A stretch of DNA of 64,000 bases from positions 15,948 to 79,947 of the forward strand of contig CAZIDX010000003.1 of NCBI GenBank assembly GCA_964538435.1. Reading direction: 5' to 3'. Origin of the DNA: an uncultured Gammaproteobacteria bacterium. Lineage in GTDB: Bacteria > Patescibacteriota > Patescibacteriia > UBA9934 > GWF2-40-263. The notes beneath the pieces were generated by a model that was not told where the DNA came from, made no database searches, and saw only the letters and a list, made by a program, of their open reading frames with translations. A program made the position numbers and the translations under genes. How positions within the stretch are numbered: the stretch's first letter is position 1; each line of letters starts with the position of its first letter. This document shows positions 1 through 10,922 of this stretch, one piece after another.

Positions 1-1020
1 CTTTGCCTCAGGACTTGATGCGATAAGCTCATCAATGACATCAGGAAGATCAGCCTCTTCAGCGCCTGCATGCATAAAATCCTGCTGAGAAAGAAGCGAC
101 CACACAATCTTTGCGTCCTCATCCACCTTTAATCGAGCAAGTGCCCTGCCCCAAAGACGAAGCGTCTGCACAGATCGTGTTCGATAAAGCTGCTCAACAA
201 TATGCTCTCGCTTTGCCCCTCGCGCAATAAGCTTACTCGCTGTTTGAAGCGTCTTTGGTGTTACATTATTTGTCCTAAAACTTTTTGTCTTTGCAATCAT
301 GCCTGTCAAAAACGCTGTAGCAACTTCTTCATCAATAAGCCCTGGCTCAATCGTCTCGATCAAATCATAACAAACCTCTCCACATGCAGATGCTGTAAAA
401 TCCACAACATTAATCTGTCCGTAATGTTCATTGTCAGGAGAGTGGTCGATATTAATGACAGGTGTGCGGAAAAAGAAATCTGGATTCTCGCTATATAAGT
501 GAGCACACGACTCATAGTCAGGCGAGCCAATACAAAAGATAAGATCAAACCGATATCCAGAAGCACTTGTGCGAACATCTTTCTGATCCCAGAACCCTTT
601 CTTAGGAGAGAGATACACAAAAAGACGATCTTCTTTTAACTCATAGGAAAGCTCGTCAACAGGTGTCTTGGTGGCATCAAGCTCAATCACAAACTGACGC
701 AAATTCTCAAGACTGGGTTGAATCTCACGATGCCCCTGCAAAAACTGAAGGTTCTTTGGCGCACCACCATCAGCCGCAACAACAACAGGTTTTTTCTCAA
801 GCTTGCGCAGAACCTTACTAAGTCCAATAGCCGCAGCATAAGCATCACTACCCCCACCTGATGGAACGCAAATAAGCGGACGATTGCTCCGCTTAATGGT
901 TTCGATCACTTGTTGTGACTCTTTCAATGCCATGTAGAAACCTTGTCGCTCACAAACACGGCCAGAGTCTTTAAATCCCCTCTCATGAAGCCATGCTATT
1001 TCGAGTTTGTTAATAACCAT
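1..1020 (-). CDS. DHH-family phosphoesterase (NrnA-like oligoribonuclease/pAp phosphatase). N-terminal part only: the gene runs off the window at position 1. Start at 1020, or 933 (MALKES...).
   Basis: Manual minus-strand translation gives MVINKLEIAWLHERGF...MALKESQQVIETIKRSNRPLICVPSGGGSDAYAAAIGL...INIDHSPDNEHYGQINVVDF (DHH-like DHS motif, GGGSDA motif I). The ORF track misses it because the stop codon lies outside the window. Track ORFs 202..498(+) and 360..620(-) are other frames of this gene. Confidence 0.55.
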   Translation of the reverse strand, partial: MVINKLEIAWLHERGFKDSGRVCERQGFYMALKESQQVIETIKRSNRPLICVPSGGGSDAYAAAIGLSKVLRKLEKKPVVVAADGGAPKNLQFLQGHREIQPSLENLRQFVIELDATKTPVDELSYELKEDRLFVYLSPKKGFWDQKDVRTSASGYRFDLIFCIGSPDYESCAHLYSENPDFFFRTPVINIDHSPDNEHYGQINVVDFTASACGEVCYDLIETIEPGLIDEEVATAFLTGMIAKTKSFRTNNVTPKTLQTASKLIARGAKREHIVEQLYRTRSVQTLRLWGRALARLKVDEDAKIVWSLLSQQDFMHAGAEEADLPDVIDELIASSPEAK

Positions 1021-1099
1021 CAACAAGCATGGGAAGAAAGTAATTTACCTCGAAAAAACCAGAGCGTCAAGGGTTTGTGTGGATGAAGACAGGCAAAGC

Positions 1100-1128
1100 A
1101 AAAACAGGGCAAAAAGCCCTGTTTTTTA
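1100..1128. terminator. Bidirectional intrinsic terminator (A-run, CAGGGC/GCCCTG hairpin, T-run)
   Basis: aaaaaCAGGGCaaaaaGCCCTGtttttt lies between convergent-transcript ends. The same AAAAACAGGGC...GCCCTGTTTT design recurs at 4266-4300, 24985-25010 and 27981-28010. Confidence 0.6.
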
Positions 1129-1130
1129 GT

Positions 1131-3671
1131 TTATTCTTGCACTGGAGTCTCTTCAGTTTCCGCCACAGGCTCTTCACCTGATTCCTCAAGCTCAGTATTT
1201 TCCCCTTCCTCTATTTCTCCATCCACCTCTTGAGCAGGCTCCTCAACGATCTCTCCGGTATCAATCTCTGTTGTAGCTCCTTGTCCTGACTGAATTGGCT
1301 CTGGAATCACTGTCGTCACCTCCCCAGCCTTCATACGCTCTAAACGATTCTGCGCGACCTCATTCCCTGGATTGTACTGAACCACCTGCTCAACAAGCCT
1401 TAGCGCTTCATATGTTTCTCCACTAATCTCATAGAGCGACGCTAGATACCAAAGCGCGTTCGAATAACTTGGATCAAGTTCCACGATCCGCTCTAGCTCG
1501 GTTGTGGCTGATTCATATTCCCCCAAACGAATGAGCATTTGTGAAAGCTGGAACGCAACACCAATATCAGCAAGGTTGTTATTTCTAAGTGCAGCCAACC
1601 GAACCGCAGCTTGTTCAAGCTGCCCCTGCCGTTCATATACTGCTGCTAAGTAGTAATGCGCTGGAAGATAATCAGATTTAAGCTCAACCGCTCCGGTAAA
1701 AGCTTCCTCAGCAACAAGTAGTAGTCCTGCCTCTTGCTCAGCAGCTGTTGTTGCAAGCTCAACATCTTCAGCATTTCGAAGCGCACGCGCCCGGTCTGCA
1801 ACCGTAAGATACACACGACCTAAGTTTGTTCTATGAGTTGGATTTGTTGGCTCAAGCTGAATAGCATTCATAAACATCTGCGCTGCCAAATCTTCTGCCC
1901 CCTGAGCAAAACTCATGAGATCTCGATAGATCGAACCAAGCATCACCCAGTTAGAAACATAGTTCGGCTCAATCCTTGTTGCAGCAGAGGCAGACCCAAT
2001 CGCTTTTGAAACAATATCTACCACCTCTTGTGTTTGCTCTGTTGTAAGCTCGGCTGTTGCACTCGAAACCACATTCTGTGCCTGCACAAGATAAGCAGAA
2101 GCAAGATTGCGTTGATAACTATCATTAAATCCATTCAAACTAACAGCCTCCTCAAGAGCAGAAACAACATAAGACACATCAGCTCCTCCCTGATCTAATT
2201 CAAGAGCTTTTGCAAACGTAACCTCAGCCGCATACCGCTGACCCGTTACAAACAATGAGCCAAGAAGAGCAATTGCAACCACCACAAACGCAAACGATGT
2301 TGCAAGCCCCAACTTTGGAGCTCGAGCAAAATCTGTTTTCCAAAACTTCACCATCACCTGAGAGGCTAAGAGGCCTGAAAAACCCCAAAGCATAAACTGC
2401 ATGGTGAAATTTGATGAATAAAGCAAATGCGAAATGAAAAGCACTGCCCACCCAGAGAACATCACATACGTCATCTTCCACTCTTCATGATCTCGCTCAA
2501 ACACAAGACGCCCAACAGCCTTCACCCCAATCCAAAACATGAGAACAAGCCACAGCACAGTCCCAACCACACCAAGTGTCGCAAACGTTGTCAGAGCAGC
2601 ACTTTTTGCGCGATCAAATCTGAGCATCCAAAGCTGAGAATTATTCACATCAGCTGGCTTGTATGCAAGATAATCATAAAGGAATGTTCCTGGCCCTGAC
2701 CCAAACAACAAGTTACTTGTTTCAGCCCCAACCGTTGTGGTTGCAATATCCCAACTTGTGCCAAAACTTGGCGAAACTACAATAGGAACACTGAGCTGAA
2801 ACGGAGTCGGTAAAAACAAAAGGACAACACTAACGAACAAAATAATCAAAGGAAGAGCAAACCTTTTAGGATTAGGGAACTCCTGGGACTGAATAAACAC
2901 GAATGTCCCCAAAAGAAGCACTCCAATAATATTAATTACCCAAAAGAGCCAAAAGTCTACAGAAACAAGCGTTACCAAATTAATAAGAGCCACTACAATA
3001 ATAAAGATGCGCATAGCAACCCCCAACCCTCCTTCTGGAATAACTCGATCTCTTCCTTTATTAGACACAAGCCACATTGCAAACCCCACAAACATAACAG
3101 CTGTCATGAACGTGATGAATCCATTAATCGTCCCAATCGTGTTAAACCCTATAGCCTGCGCAAAATCAAACGGTAAATAAAAAAGCCCAAGCATGCTCGA
3201 CAATGTGATGAGTCCTGTAATCGCAGAAGAAAGAAGCAGAGCAAACAAAATATTGCGCTGAACAAGCGTGTCATACGCGATATTCATGAGCATATAAAAC
3301 AAAAACACAAACATGGCCAAAGAAAGGAAGCTTGTATACTCCTGCGAAGCATCCCCCACCCATGTTCGGTATCCTGATACAGACAAGATCGAAGAAACAA
3401 GCACAGCGACAAAAAACAATGCTGGCACAAGATTAAGCCACCCCGATCTAAAAACAAGTTTCTTTGAAATCACCATTTGTCCAAACCACGCTGCAAGACC
3501 AACAACAGCTAGCACGACAAACAACATCTGCTTGTTCTGCTCCAGTACATTCGTTGTCCATGGAAGAAAAAAGATGGGGATGAGAAAGAACAAAAGGTAC
3601 ATTGCCCAAACGGCAGCCATTTGGAACACACCTGTGACCTCCTTTTTTCTCATTGCTGTAGTCGTTGGCAT
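1131..3671 (-). CDS. O-antigen ligase-like polytopic membrane protein with C-terminal TPR repeats and an acidic Glu-rich tail
   Basis: 846 aa. N-terminal about 450 aa with about 12 hydrophobic helices (Wzy_C-like architecture). C-terminal repeated TPR-like helical units (AxxYxxAxxxxP...). Tail EEPAQEVDGEIEEGENTELEESGEEPVAETEETPVQE. Confidence 0.6.
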   Translation of the reverse strand: MPTTTAMRKKEVTGVFQMAAVWAMYLLFFLIPIFFLPWTTNVLEQNKQMLFVVLAVVGLAAWFGQMVISKKLVFRSGWLNLVPALFFVAVLVSSILSVSGYRTWVGDASQEYTSFLSLAMFVFLFYMLMNIAYDTLVQRNILFALLLSSAITGLITLSSMLGLFYLPFDFAQAIGFNTIGTINGFITFMTAVMFVGFAMWLVSNKGRDRVIPEGGLGVAMRIFIIVVALINLVTLVSVDFWLFWVINIIGVLLLGTFVFIQSQEFPNPKRFALPLIILFVSVVLLFLPTPFQLSVPIVVSPSFGTSWDIATTTVGAETSNLLFGSGPGTFLYDYLAYKPADVNNSQLWMLRFDRAKSAALTTFATLGVVGTVLWLVLMFWIGVKAVGRLVFERDHEEWKMTYVMFSGWAVLFISHLLYSSNFTMQFMLWGFSGLLASQVMVKFWKTDFARAPKLGLATSFAFVVVAIALLGSLFVTGQRYAAEVTFAKALELDQGGADVSYVVSALEEAVSLNGFNDSYQRNLASAYLVQAQNVVSSATAELTTEQTQEVVDIVSKAIGSASAATRIEPNYVSNWVMLGSIYRDLMSFAQGAEDLAAQMFMNAIQLEPTNPTHRTNLGRVYLTVADRARALRNAEDVELATTAAEQEAGLLLVAEEAFTGAVELKSDYLPAHYYLAAVYERQGQLEQAAVRLAALRNNNLADIGVAFQLSQMLIRLGEYESATTELERIVELDPSYSNALWYLASLYEISGETYEALRLVEQVVQYNPGNEVAQNRLERMKAGEVTTVIPEPIQSGQGATTEIDTGEIVEEPAQEVDGEIEEGENTELEESGEEPVAETEETPVQE

Positions 3672-3703
3672 AAGACGAAAATGAAATTTTTGATAACCTG
3701 TTA

Positions 3704-4189
3704 TTAATTTGATCCTTTATACTGATAGATAGCCTGCATCACCTTTGAATCTGGCTTCATGTTCTCAAAAAAGAGAATGTGCTCTGGATTAAGTTGCATG
3801 ACATCCTCTGGTCCATGCGCTTCATTTCCAAGCTTGATAAGCGAGATGTTTGCTGCTGTGTCAACAGAAGTGCCTGACTGAAGATAATACACATCAGAAA
3901 GCGTATAAAACGGCTCAGTGGTAAGATCGAGCCTCCCAAAATACACCTGACCATTGTCCAAAAACACAGACTGATAAGCATCAGATGATGGAGTGATCTG
4001 AATCTCATCCCCATCTTCTGTGATAACCGTTGTCACCGGAAGTTCAGGTGCTGGCTTTAAAAACAACCACCATCCCGCAACAAGAACAATAGCGAGGATA
4101 ATGATCCCCCATATCCAACCGAAATTTCCTCCAGCCCCCTTCTTTGTGTGCCCAATTGGACCCTTGTTCATCTTTGATTCAATAGCCAT
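3704..4189 (-). CDS. Hypothetical membrane-anchored protein
   Basis: 161 aa with a single N-terminal TM helix (WIWGIIILAIVLVAGWWLFL). Same strand as, and tightly spaced with, the surface-protein cluster. Confidence 0.4.
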   Translation of the reverse strand: MAIESKMNKGPIGHTKKGAGGNFGWIWGIIILAIVLVAGWWLFLKPAPELPVTTVITEDGDEIQITPSSDAYQSVFLDNGQVYFGRLDLTTEPFYTLSDVYYLQSGTSVDTAANISLIKLGNEAHGPEDVMQLNPEHILFFENMKPDSKVMQAIYQYKGSN

Positions 4190-4265
4190 ATTGTTGAGGT
4201 AAATACGCTGATAATGTTACCTGAAGGCAGAGGTGCTGACAAGTTGACAACTCTCAATATATAAG

Positions 4266-4300
4266 CAAAAACAGGGCCTGTTTAGACCCTGTTTTGTTCT
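4266..4300. terminator. Intrinsic terminator downstream of the giant adhesin gene
   Basis: aaaaACAGGGcctgtttagaCCCTGTtttgttcttttt lies immediately after the stop of 4303..10887(-). Confidence 0.5.
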
Positions 4301-4302
4301 TT

Positions 4303-7300
4303 TTACTCTACGACAGGCTCCTCAACCACCGGCTCTTCCTCAACTGGCTCCTCAACAGGAACCTCCTCTTCAACCACCGGCTCTTCCTCAGCTGCAGGCT
4401 CTTCTACGACAGGCTCCTCAACCACCGGCTCTTCCTCAACTGGCTCCTCAGCAGGAACCTCCTCTTCAACCACCGGCTCTTCCTCAGCTGCAGGCTCTTC
4501 TTGAGCAGGAACCTCTGGCTCTGGAACTGGAGCTGGAGCAGGCGCTTCACTCACTGTTACCCCAATCGTTTCTGTTTCTCCATTTGAAATTGAGACAACT
4601 GGTTCAATTGCACCAATGGCAATCCAGTTAAGTTCAATATTGTCTGGAGTCGTGCTACCCGCACTGTGGTTAATTGTGAATCCAGTTGTTGACTCGTCAC
4701 TGATCCAAAGTCGACCAGGAACATGTTCTGCACTACGCACTGAGAATGTGACAATCGGAAGTGAGTCGTACTCATTCTCAAATGTTACACGCACTGAGTT
4801 ATCACCGGCATTGATCCTTGCTCGCCCAGCCATATCGCGTGATCCATAAAGGTGCTCAGCAACACTTACAGACCCAGCAAACACATGGTCGCCAACTTCT
4901 AGAGTCTCATCAGCCATAGCAACAGCATCACTGCTTCCACCCTGCAAGCTTGTTGCTGGCTCATACCAACCAGTGCTCACAAACACACGAATGGTTCCGT
5001 CACCCGCACCATCAAAGCTCTCCATGGCCGTACCAATCGTCCAACCTTCTGCAACAGCCTTTGCACCGTACCCAGCCACACTTGAAAGGCCAACCCGATC
5101 TCCCACAGCAATAGCGCCATTCTCTCCATTCACCTTTACAGGCACACGACCAGCAAGCGCCACTGGCATAACAAGCTCTCCAGGGAACTCATTACCAATC
5201 ACTTCAGCTGGATCAGTTGAGACAATACCAATCGCTTTTGTCCCAGCTCCTGAAACAGCTTTTTCAACCCTTGCATACTCATCAGTAAGAGACACAACAT
5301 CTCCCATTGCCACACCAGACGACACCTTATAATACTCAGCATAGTCAGCTCCGATTCCACCTTGGAACCACATTTCCACCCAATCCGTTCCATCATACAT
5401 AAGACCCAGAGTATCTCCATTTCCAAGCTCTCGGGTTGCAGCCCCAAGCTGAACCCCGCTCACAACTGAATCATGGTCGTTCAATGTAACCTTGTTTGTA
5501 GCGTGTGCCCCACGAAGGATCAAGGTCTGACCCTCAACACCATCACTGATTGATGGATTCGAAGTGAGAGTAACAGCACCGCTTCCTGTTACAGACACAT
5601 GAGCAGCAATTGGATTGATTGCACTACCAGTTAAAAGCCCTGTTTGTGCATTCGCCTCAAGAATCGCCTTACCCTTTGTAGTTGTATCTCCATCAGAATC
5701 TACTTTAAATACAACATTTGTTCCTGTGCTATCAACAATCCTAAACTCGCTCGAACCAGCAGCTTCTCCAAGTTGAGTAATCACATGACTTCCACTGTTT
5801 GAACTCTGCAAAACAAGATTTCCAGCTGTATTGTTGATCACCAAACTTCCAGTACCATTCACAATTCGAGAAAGTGAACCCGTATGATCGATAACCAGAT
5901 CAGAACCAGCACCAACATTAATCGCATCGTTATCTCCGACATTAATCGAACCAGTCACGGTAAGGTGGCCCTCATTCGTTCCTTCAGCCAATCTCATAAG
6001 TTGATTAGGTGTTCCTCCAGTATCCTCCTCAACCCAATCAATCAATGAACCCCCAGTATCTGTGATTGTGATCATGGCTGTATCATCTTCAAAATAGAGG
6101 TTTGTGTCCCACCCTGATCCAATCGCAAGTCCTGCCTCCAAAACAGATGTACTTGCAGAAGGGTTTGCTAAGTTGTTAATCGCAATTCCAGAATAGTAGT
6201 TATTCAGACCAGTCCATGTTGATCCGTTATTGTTCGCATTCACCGCAATCATGGTTTGCCTGTCAGTTCCATTTCCACCACCAGCACCTAATGTGTAGCT
6301 CATACCTGAATCGATCGTGTCAGTATTTGGTGTGTAGGTGTAGGAAAGACTGTTGCCAGCAGAACCAGTAATCGCGGTTAACACATCAAGTGTTAATGAA
6401 TCAGAGATCGCTGTGAAATCAAGCGTATCAGCAAGCAAATCTGCATTCTCCACATTTGTGAGTGTGTTTCCTGCTCCGTTCGCATCAAAAGCAGCTCCAG
6501 TAATAGCACCTGAGGTGCTGATATCCCAATCAGATGAATTGATCGCCACAGTTCCGCCACCCCCTCCAATCGTTACAGTACCTGTTGAAGTTCCTGTGTT
6601 GATCTGCGTATTGAAACCTGCATCATGGTTTAAGCTCACCAAACCACCAGCAATTCCAGCTCCAGCCTGTCCTGTGATCGTTCCTCCTGCTGTGATTGCA
6701 GTTACATCAGTAATGTTTCCAGATGCATCAACATCAAAGTCACCACCAGCAAACGAAATCGATCCATCAGAACCAGTAACACTCCAATTCGTTCCTCCAA
6801 GATCATTCGCTCCAGCAGCAAGCGCAGCACCGATCGCAGCCGCACTCACATCAATCGCTGTTGTAATCCCTCCGCCACCAGTTGAGGTCATGAGAACACC
6901 TCTTGTTATGGCTAAATCTGCATCTGCATTATCAATAACAATTGCACTATCAAAACCATTGATATTTGCACTGTCAAGCTGGGAAATAGATAGTCCATTT
7001 GCCACTCCGGCAGTAGTTGAAGGTGTACCGTTAATCTGAGCGGCATTCACTGACCCAGCAAGGTCGCTCGCAATCAGAACGTTCTCTGTTCCTGCAAGAG
7101 TAAAGTTCACATCACTCGAGAATGTGCTAACACCGCTGTCATTAATACGGAACACATCAGCACCTGCATCTCTAACAAGAAAATCTCCTGTTCCGTTTGC
7201 GTCAAAAATGAATGCACTCGCACCCAAATTGAACGTTGTCGAAGCATCAAGTGTAATATTGTCCCCAAGATGATCAAAAGACAAAGAATCATCCAGCACT

Positions 7301-10300
7301 TCATTTGCACCAACAGAATCCATTGGAAGCACAACCTCACTGTCACCCGACCCATCAGTCAAGAACGAAATCGCTGTCACTCCAGTTGTACCAACATTGA
7401 TTGAGGTTGCATTGCTTGTTCCAAGATTGAGCGCACCAGCACCAATGGTATCAAGACCTTGACCACCAGGGAGACTCAAGCTTCCAGCAGCAGTCAAAAG
7501 AACGTTTTGAGCAACCATGGAGATATTCTCCCCACTGTCCAATCCGTTCACACCAGCAATCAAGTTAAGAGCGGTTGTATCTCCTGACGTCACATTCAAA
7601 GCTGTTGTGCTGGTCAAATCTCCTCCACCAACATTTACATCACCAAGAACCTCAACATCTCCATCTTCATCAACAGCAAACAGTTCCACCCAGTTTCCAC
7701 TAGATGGTGTTGAGGCTCCCCTACCGATTTCAAACACTTGCTGGTTTGCAGCCATTCCTAAGTTTGTTGAATCTGCTCCATACACAAACATGGCCCGTCC
7801 AATGTTCGCTGACACGGTTCCAGCTGTTACGTTTGAGAGAAGCAAATCTGTTGCGTTATATCTTGTCAGGTAGTCAGAATCTGTTCCAAAAATGAGCGGA
7901 ATACCATCGTTAAGCTGAATGTTTCCAGATCCAAGCACGATTCCATTATCCCACCCTGTTCCAATATTAAGTGCTGTCTCAGTAATTCCTGCCTGCGCAG
8001 AACTCAAATTCCCAGCATTAAATCCATACAGAACGTCCGTGTCATTCGTTGCTGCGCTTGTTAGTGCAAGCTCAATTGCTGCAACACTGTTGTCGGTGTT
8101 GTCATCTCCAAGCGTGAAGTGGATATCAATCGCGTTATTTGCTCCTGGAGTACCACCATCAATATCGATAGTCTCTGTTAGATCAATGTCAATTCCTGCC
8201 GCATCAACAAGCATCTCACCAGCATCTGACTCAAGCCAAACCGTGGCGTTATTGCTTCCAACCTGGATAGTTCGTGCCCCGTCTGTTCCAATATTAATAC
8301 CCTGAGAAACATTATCATCTCCAATTCCAATTGTGCCAGCAGATGAATTAATCGAAAGCTTATCTACAGAATCGAGCTCTAGCGAATCTCCGGATGTAAG
8401 TAGAAGATCCCCTTCATTTCCAACTGTTCTAATCGTAAAGTCATCAACATCATCCGCAGCATTTGTAAGCTCAATCACGAGTGTCTGCGCGTTTGTTCCA
8501 TCATGCGCAGCAACGGAAATGTTATTTCCAAGAGCTGTATCACTCACAGTTGTCGCAACATCCAAACTAAAGATCCCGCCGTCTGCAATATCGATCGTTG
8601 TACTTCCAGTTGAATCAAGATCAATGGTTCCAGCAGAACTTCCTACCAAATTTCCACTCGTGGCTGTTGCGAGCGTCAGATTTCCACTCGTGGCTGTTAC
8701 ATTCGATGCTCCTGTTCCATCAATAGAGAATGTACTAGACGCAAGCATGTCATACGTTCCTGTAACATCGACATCTAAATTGGCGCCAGCGTTAATATCA
8801 ACAAGTCCAGCTGAGGTAACATCCGCCTCGGCCGCCGATGAAAGAAGGAGGTTTCCAGAAGTTGCAGTGGAAAGCGTCAAATCCCCGCTCGTTGCAGTCA
8901 CATTAGAAGTTCCTACACCATCAATACTGAACACTCCTGTTGACTGCATGTCATACAATCCAACCACATCAATATCCAAATTCGCTCCCGCGCTCATGTA
9001 TGTCATGTCAGCACTCATGAGATTCAAATCTCCAGATGTTGTCGTGCGAAGTGTAAGATTCCCGCTTGTGGCAGTAACATTTGAAGCTCCCACACCATCA
9101 ATACTAAAAATTCCTGTAGTATCAAGCGTAAATGTTCCACTATCAACATCAATTGCTGCGCCGGTGTTCACAACATCAATATCATTTGTTCCGTCACCTG
9201 TAAGATCTAGGTCTCCTCCATCAGAAGCAATAGCCACACCAGCACCTCCCATAGTCAAAGTCGCATCCGAGTCAATCGTTGCTGCACCAGTCGCATCTAC
9301 TCCATAAGTTGTTCCTGTTGTGATCGTAGCTGAAGTTGTTGTATCAAGTGTGTACGTTCCAGTGACATCCACATCCATGTTTGCTGCTCCGTTGATATCG
9401 AGAAGCCCTGCAGCTGTGATGTCTACCTCACCAGAAGTTGTTGTTGTAATTGTTAGGTCTGCACCAGCAACCGTGAAGTTTGAATTTGCTGCTGCGTCAA
9501 GTGAAATCGCTCCTGTTGAATCAACAAGTACACCGCCTGTACCTGCGTTCAAATCAAGAGTTGAGCTCGAAGTATTGTTTCCGATCGTAACGGATTTTGT
9601 TCCAGAACTGTTGTTTGCAAGATTGATGGAATCATTTCCTGTTCCAGTCGCCAGGTTAAGCGTGACTGCAACATCGTTATCCGCAATATTGATTGACTTG
9701 CTATCAGTTGAAGTTCGAAGGTAGATCTCACTCTGTGAGCTGGTCAAGTAAATATCTCCTGTGGAACCAGCTGCTGTAAGCGCGATATCACCATCTGATG
9801 TATCCATATTAATAGGTGAACCAGACCCAGATACGTCAATATCAACACCATGAGATGATGCTGATCCAACCAGGTTGATATCAAGTGTTCGCGCATCAAT
9901 CGTAACTGCACCACTCTCGTTCACACCAGACTCATACGCATCCAAATAAATTCCTGACCCACTTGTAGTGTCTGCATCAAGCATGACTGCATCACTCGCG
10001 GCCTCATCACCCTTTACAATCACTGACCCTGTATCTGCCAAAAGCGTAAGATCACCAGCCGTTGTCGTGAAGTTTGATGCCACATCAGACGAAAGCGAAA
10101 TCGCTCCGGTTCCAGTTGATGTGATTGCCTGCCCATCACTTAGCGTGAGCCAAGCAACCCCAGCATCTTGGAAGATCACATCACCTGTTCCCTGAGTATC
10201 AAAGATAAGATCTGGATTGTTTGTGGCAGAAAGCTCAAACTCAAACCCACCCGTCTGACCCTGCGCAGCGTCTACAGTAATTTTTGATGCTGTTGCACCA

Positions 10301-10887
10301 AAACTGTTATACGCCCCATCAAGGTTAAGCGAAGCTGAAGTTGCAAGCGCATCCCAAGAAGATCCGTTGTATACGCGGAATTCGTTTGCTGTAGCGTTGT
10401 AGTACATTCGCCCTTCAAACGCATTTGATGGATCGCTTGTGTTTGTCTGTACTGCTTGTGAAAAGACTGAGTAAGGAGTCTTAAGCACCTGAATTCGACC
10501 AACCGTGTCATAGGACCCGGCTGCATCGGCTTTTACTCGCACTTCCAAATACAAATCATCTACAAAGTCTCCGATATCTGTTCCAAGCGGAACAGCAAGC
10601 GAAAAAAAGCCGTTATCAACACTGATGTCATCAACGTCGATATCAGCTGCTGCAAGACCAGAGCCTCCAGAAGCAGCACTGTAGAAGTTAAATTGGAAAT
10701 CGTAGGTACCATCGGTAACTACATCTCCGGATGTGTCTTTAAGTCGTCCTTGATATCCAATACTTCCTGGATAACCGTAGGACTGTGCAGATGCCGTAGA
10801 AGGCATGGCGAGCAGGGCCATGGTAAGGGTGCTAAACACCATGGAAACCCCCACTAACGTGTGCACGAATATTTTGGCGGTTCGCAT
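4303..10887 (-). CDS. Giant secreted repeat protein (2194 aa) with signal peptide, Thr/Gly/Ser/Asp-rich beta-strand-like repeats and a C-terminal acidic (PVEEE)n tail. Putative surface adhesin or sheath protein.
   Basis: N-terminal signal peptide MRTAKIFVHTLVGVSMVFSTLTMALLAMPSTASA. Internal about 45-aa repeats (e.g. GVFSIDGVGASNVTATSGNLTL.TTTSGNL). C-terminal EPVVEEEVPAEEPVEEEPVVEEPVVEEPAAEE repeats. All plus-strand ORFs inside it (6353..7039, 8333..9307 and others) are low-complexity antisense shadows. Confidence 0.7.
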   Translation of the reverse strand: MRTAKIFVHTLVGVSMVFSTLTMALLAMPSTASAQSYGYPGSIGYQGRLKDTSGDVVTDGTYDFQFNFYSAASGGSGLAAADIDVDDISVDNGFFSLAVPLGTDIGDFVDDLYLEVRVKADAAGSYDTVGRIQVLKTPYSVFSQAVQTNTSDPSNAFEGRMYYNATANEFRVYNGSSWDALATSASLNLDGAYNSFGATASKITVDAAQGQTGGFEFELSATNNPDLIFDTQGTGDVIFQDAGVAWLTLSDGQAITSTGTGAISLSSDVASNFTTTAGDLTLLADTGSVIVKGDEAASDAVMLDADTTSGSGIYLDAYESGVNESGAVTIDARTLDINLVGSASSHGVDIDVSGSGSPINMDTSDGDIALTAAGSTGDIYLTSSQSEIYLRTSTDSKSINIADNDVAVTLNLATGTGNDSINLANNSSGTKSVTIGNNTSSSTLDLNAGTGGVLVDSTGAISLDAAANSNFTVAGADLTITTTTSGEVDITAAGLLDINGAANMDVDVTGTYTLDTTTSATITTGTTYGVDATGAATIDSDATLTMGGAGVAIASDGGDLDLTGDGTNDIDVVNTGAAIDVDSGTFTLDTTGIFSIDGVGASNVTATSGNLTLRTTTSGDLNLMSADMTYMSAGANLDIDVVGLYDMQSTGVFSIDGVGTSNVTATSGDLTLSTATSGNLLLSSAAEADVTSAGLVDINAGANLDVDVTGTYDMLASSTFSIDGTGASNVTATSGNLTLATATSGNLVGSSAGTIDLDSTGSTTIDIADGGIFSLDVATTVSDTALGNNISVAAHDGTNAQTLVIELTNAADDVDDFTIRTVGNEGDLLLTSGDSLELDSVDKLSINSSAGTIGIGDDNVSQGINIGTDGARTIQVGSNNATVWLESDAGEMLVDAAGIDIDLTETIDIDGGTPGANNAIDIHFTLGDDNTDNSVAAIELALTSAATNDTDVLYGFNAGNLSSAQAGITETALNIGTGWDNGIVLGSGNIQLNDGIPLIFGTDSDYLTRYNATDLLLSNVTAGTVSANIGRAMFVYGADSTNLGMAANQQVFEIGRGASTPSSGNWVELFAVDEDGDVEVLGDVNVGGGDLTSTTALNVTSGDTTALNLIAGVNGLDSGENISMVAQNVLLTAAGSLSLPGGQGLDTIGAGALNLGTSNATSINVGTTGVTAISFLTDGSGDSEVVLPMDSVGANEVLDDSLSFDHLGDNITLDASTTFNLGASAFIFDANGTGDFLVRDAGADVFRINDSGVSTFSSDVNFTLAGTENVLIASDLAGSVNAAQINGTPSTTAGVANGLSISQLDSANINGFDSAIVIDNADADLAITRGVLMTSTGGGGITTAIDVSAAAIGAALAAGANDLGGTNWSVTGSDGSISFAGGDFDVDASGNITDVTAITAGGTITGQAGAGIAGGLVSLNHDAGFNTQINTGTSTGTVTIGGGGGTVAINSSDWDISTSGAITGAAFDANGAGNTLTNVENADLLADTLDFTAISDSLTLDVLTAITGSAGNSLSYTYTPNTDTIDSGMSYTLGAGGGNGTDRQTMIAVNANNNGSTWTGLNNYYSGIAINNLANPSASTSVLEAGLAIGSGWDTNLYFEDDTAMITITDTGGSLIDWVEEDTGGTPNQLMRLAEGTNEGHLTVTGSINVGDNDAINVGAGSDLVIDHTGSLSRIVNGTGSLVINNTAGNLVLQSSNSGSHVITQLGEAAGSSEFRIVDSTGTNVVFKVDSDGDTTTKGKAILEANAQTGLLTGSAINPIAAHVSVTGSGAVTLTSNPSISDGVEGQTLILRGAHATNKVTLNDHDSVVSGVQLGAATRELGNGDTLGLMYDGTDWVEMWFQGGIGADYAEYYKVSSGVAMGDVVSLTDEYARVEKAVSGAGTKAIGIVSTDPAEVIGNEFPGELVMPVALAGRVPVKVNGENGAIAVGDRVGLSSVAGYGAKAVAEGWTIGTAMESFDGAGDGTIRVFVSTGWYEPATSLQGGSSDAVAMADETLEVGDHVFAGSVSVAEHLYGSRDMAGRARINAGDNSVRVTFENEYDSLPIVTFSVRSAEHVPGRLWISDESTTGFTINHSAGSTTPDNIELNWIAIGAIEPVVSISNGETETIGVTVSEAPAPAPVPEPEVPAQEEPAAEEEPVVEEEVPAEEPVEEEPVVEEPVVEEPAAEEEPVVEEEVPVEEPVEEEPVVEEPVVE
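4306..4515. repeat. Tandem direct repeat, 2 x about 105 bp, inside the 3' end of the giant gene (encodes the acidic PVEEE tail)
   Basis: ctacgacaggctcctcaaccaccggctcttcctcaactggctcctcaacaggaacctcctcttcaaccaccggctcttcctcagctgcaggctctt repeated with one substitution. Confidence 0.8.
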
Positions 10888-10922
10888 ACGTTAGGTTTTA
10901 ACCTGTTGTTATTGGGTGCAAA

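Noticed and set aside
202-620. ORFs 202..498(+) and 360..620(-)
   Set aside because: These are alternative frames overlapping the real edge-truncated DHH/NrnA-like gene on the minus strand.
6353-10195. Multiple 100-320 aa plus-strand ORFs inside the giant adhesin gene
   Set aside because: Antisense of a highly repetitive Thr/Ser/Gly/Asp-rich gene. Their Ser/Pro/Val-rich low-complexity products are shadows.
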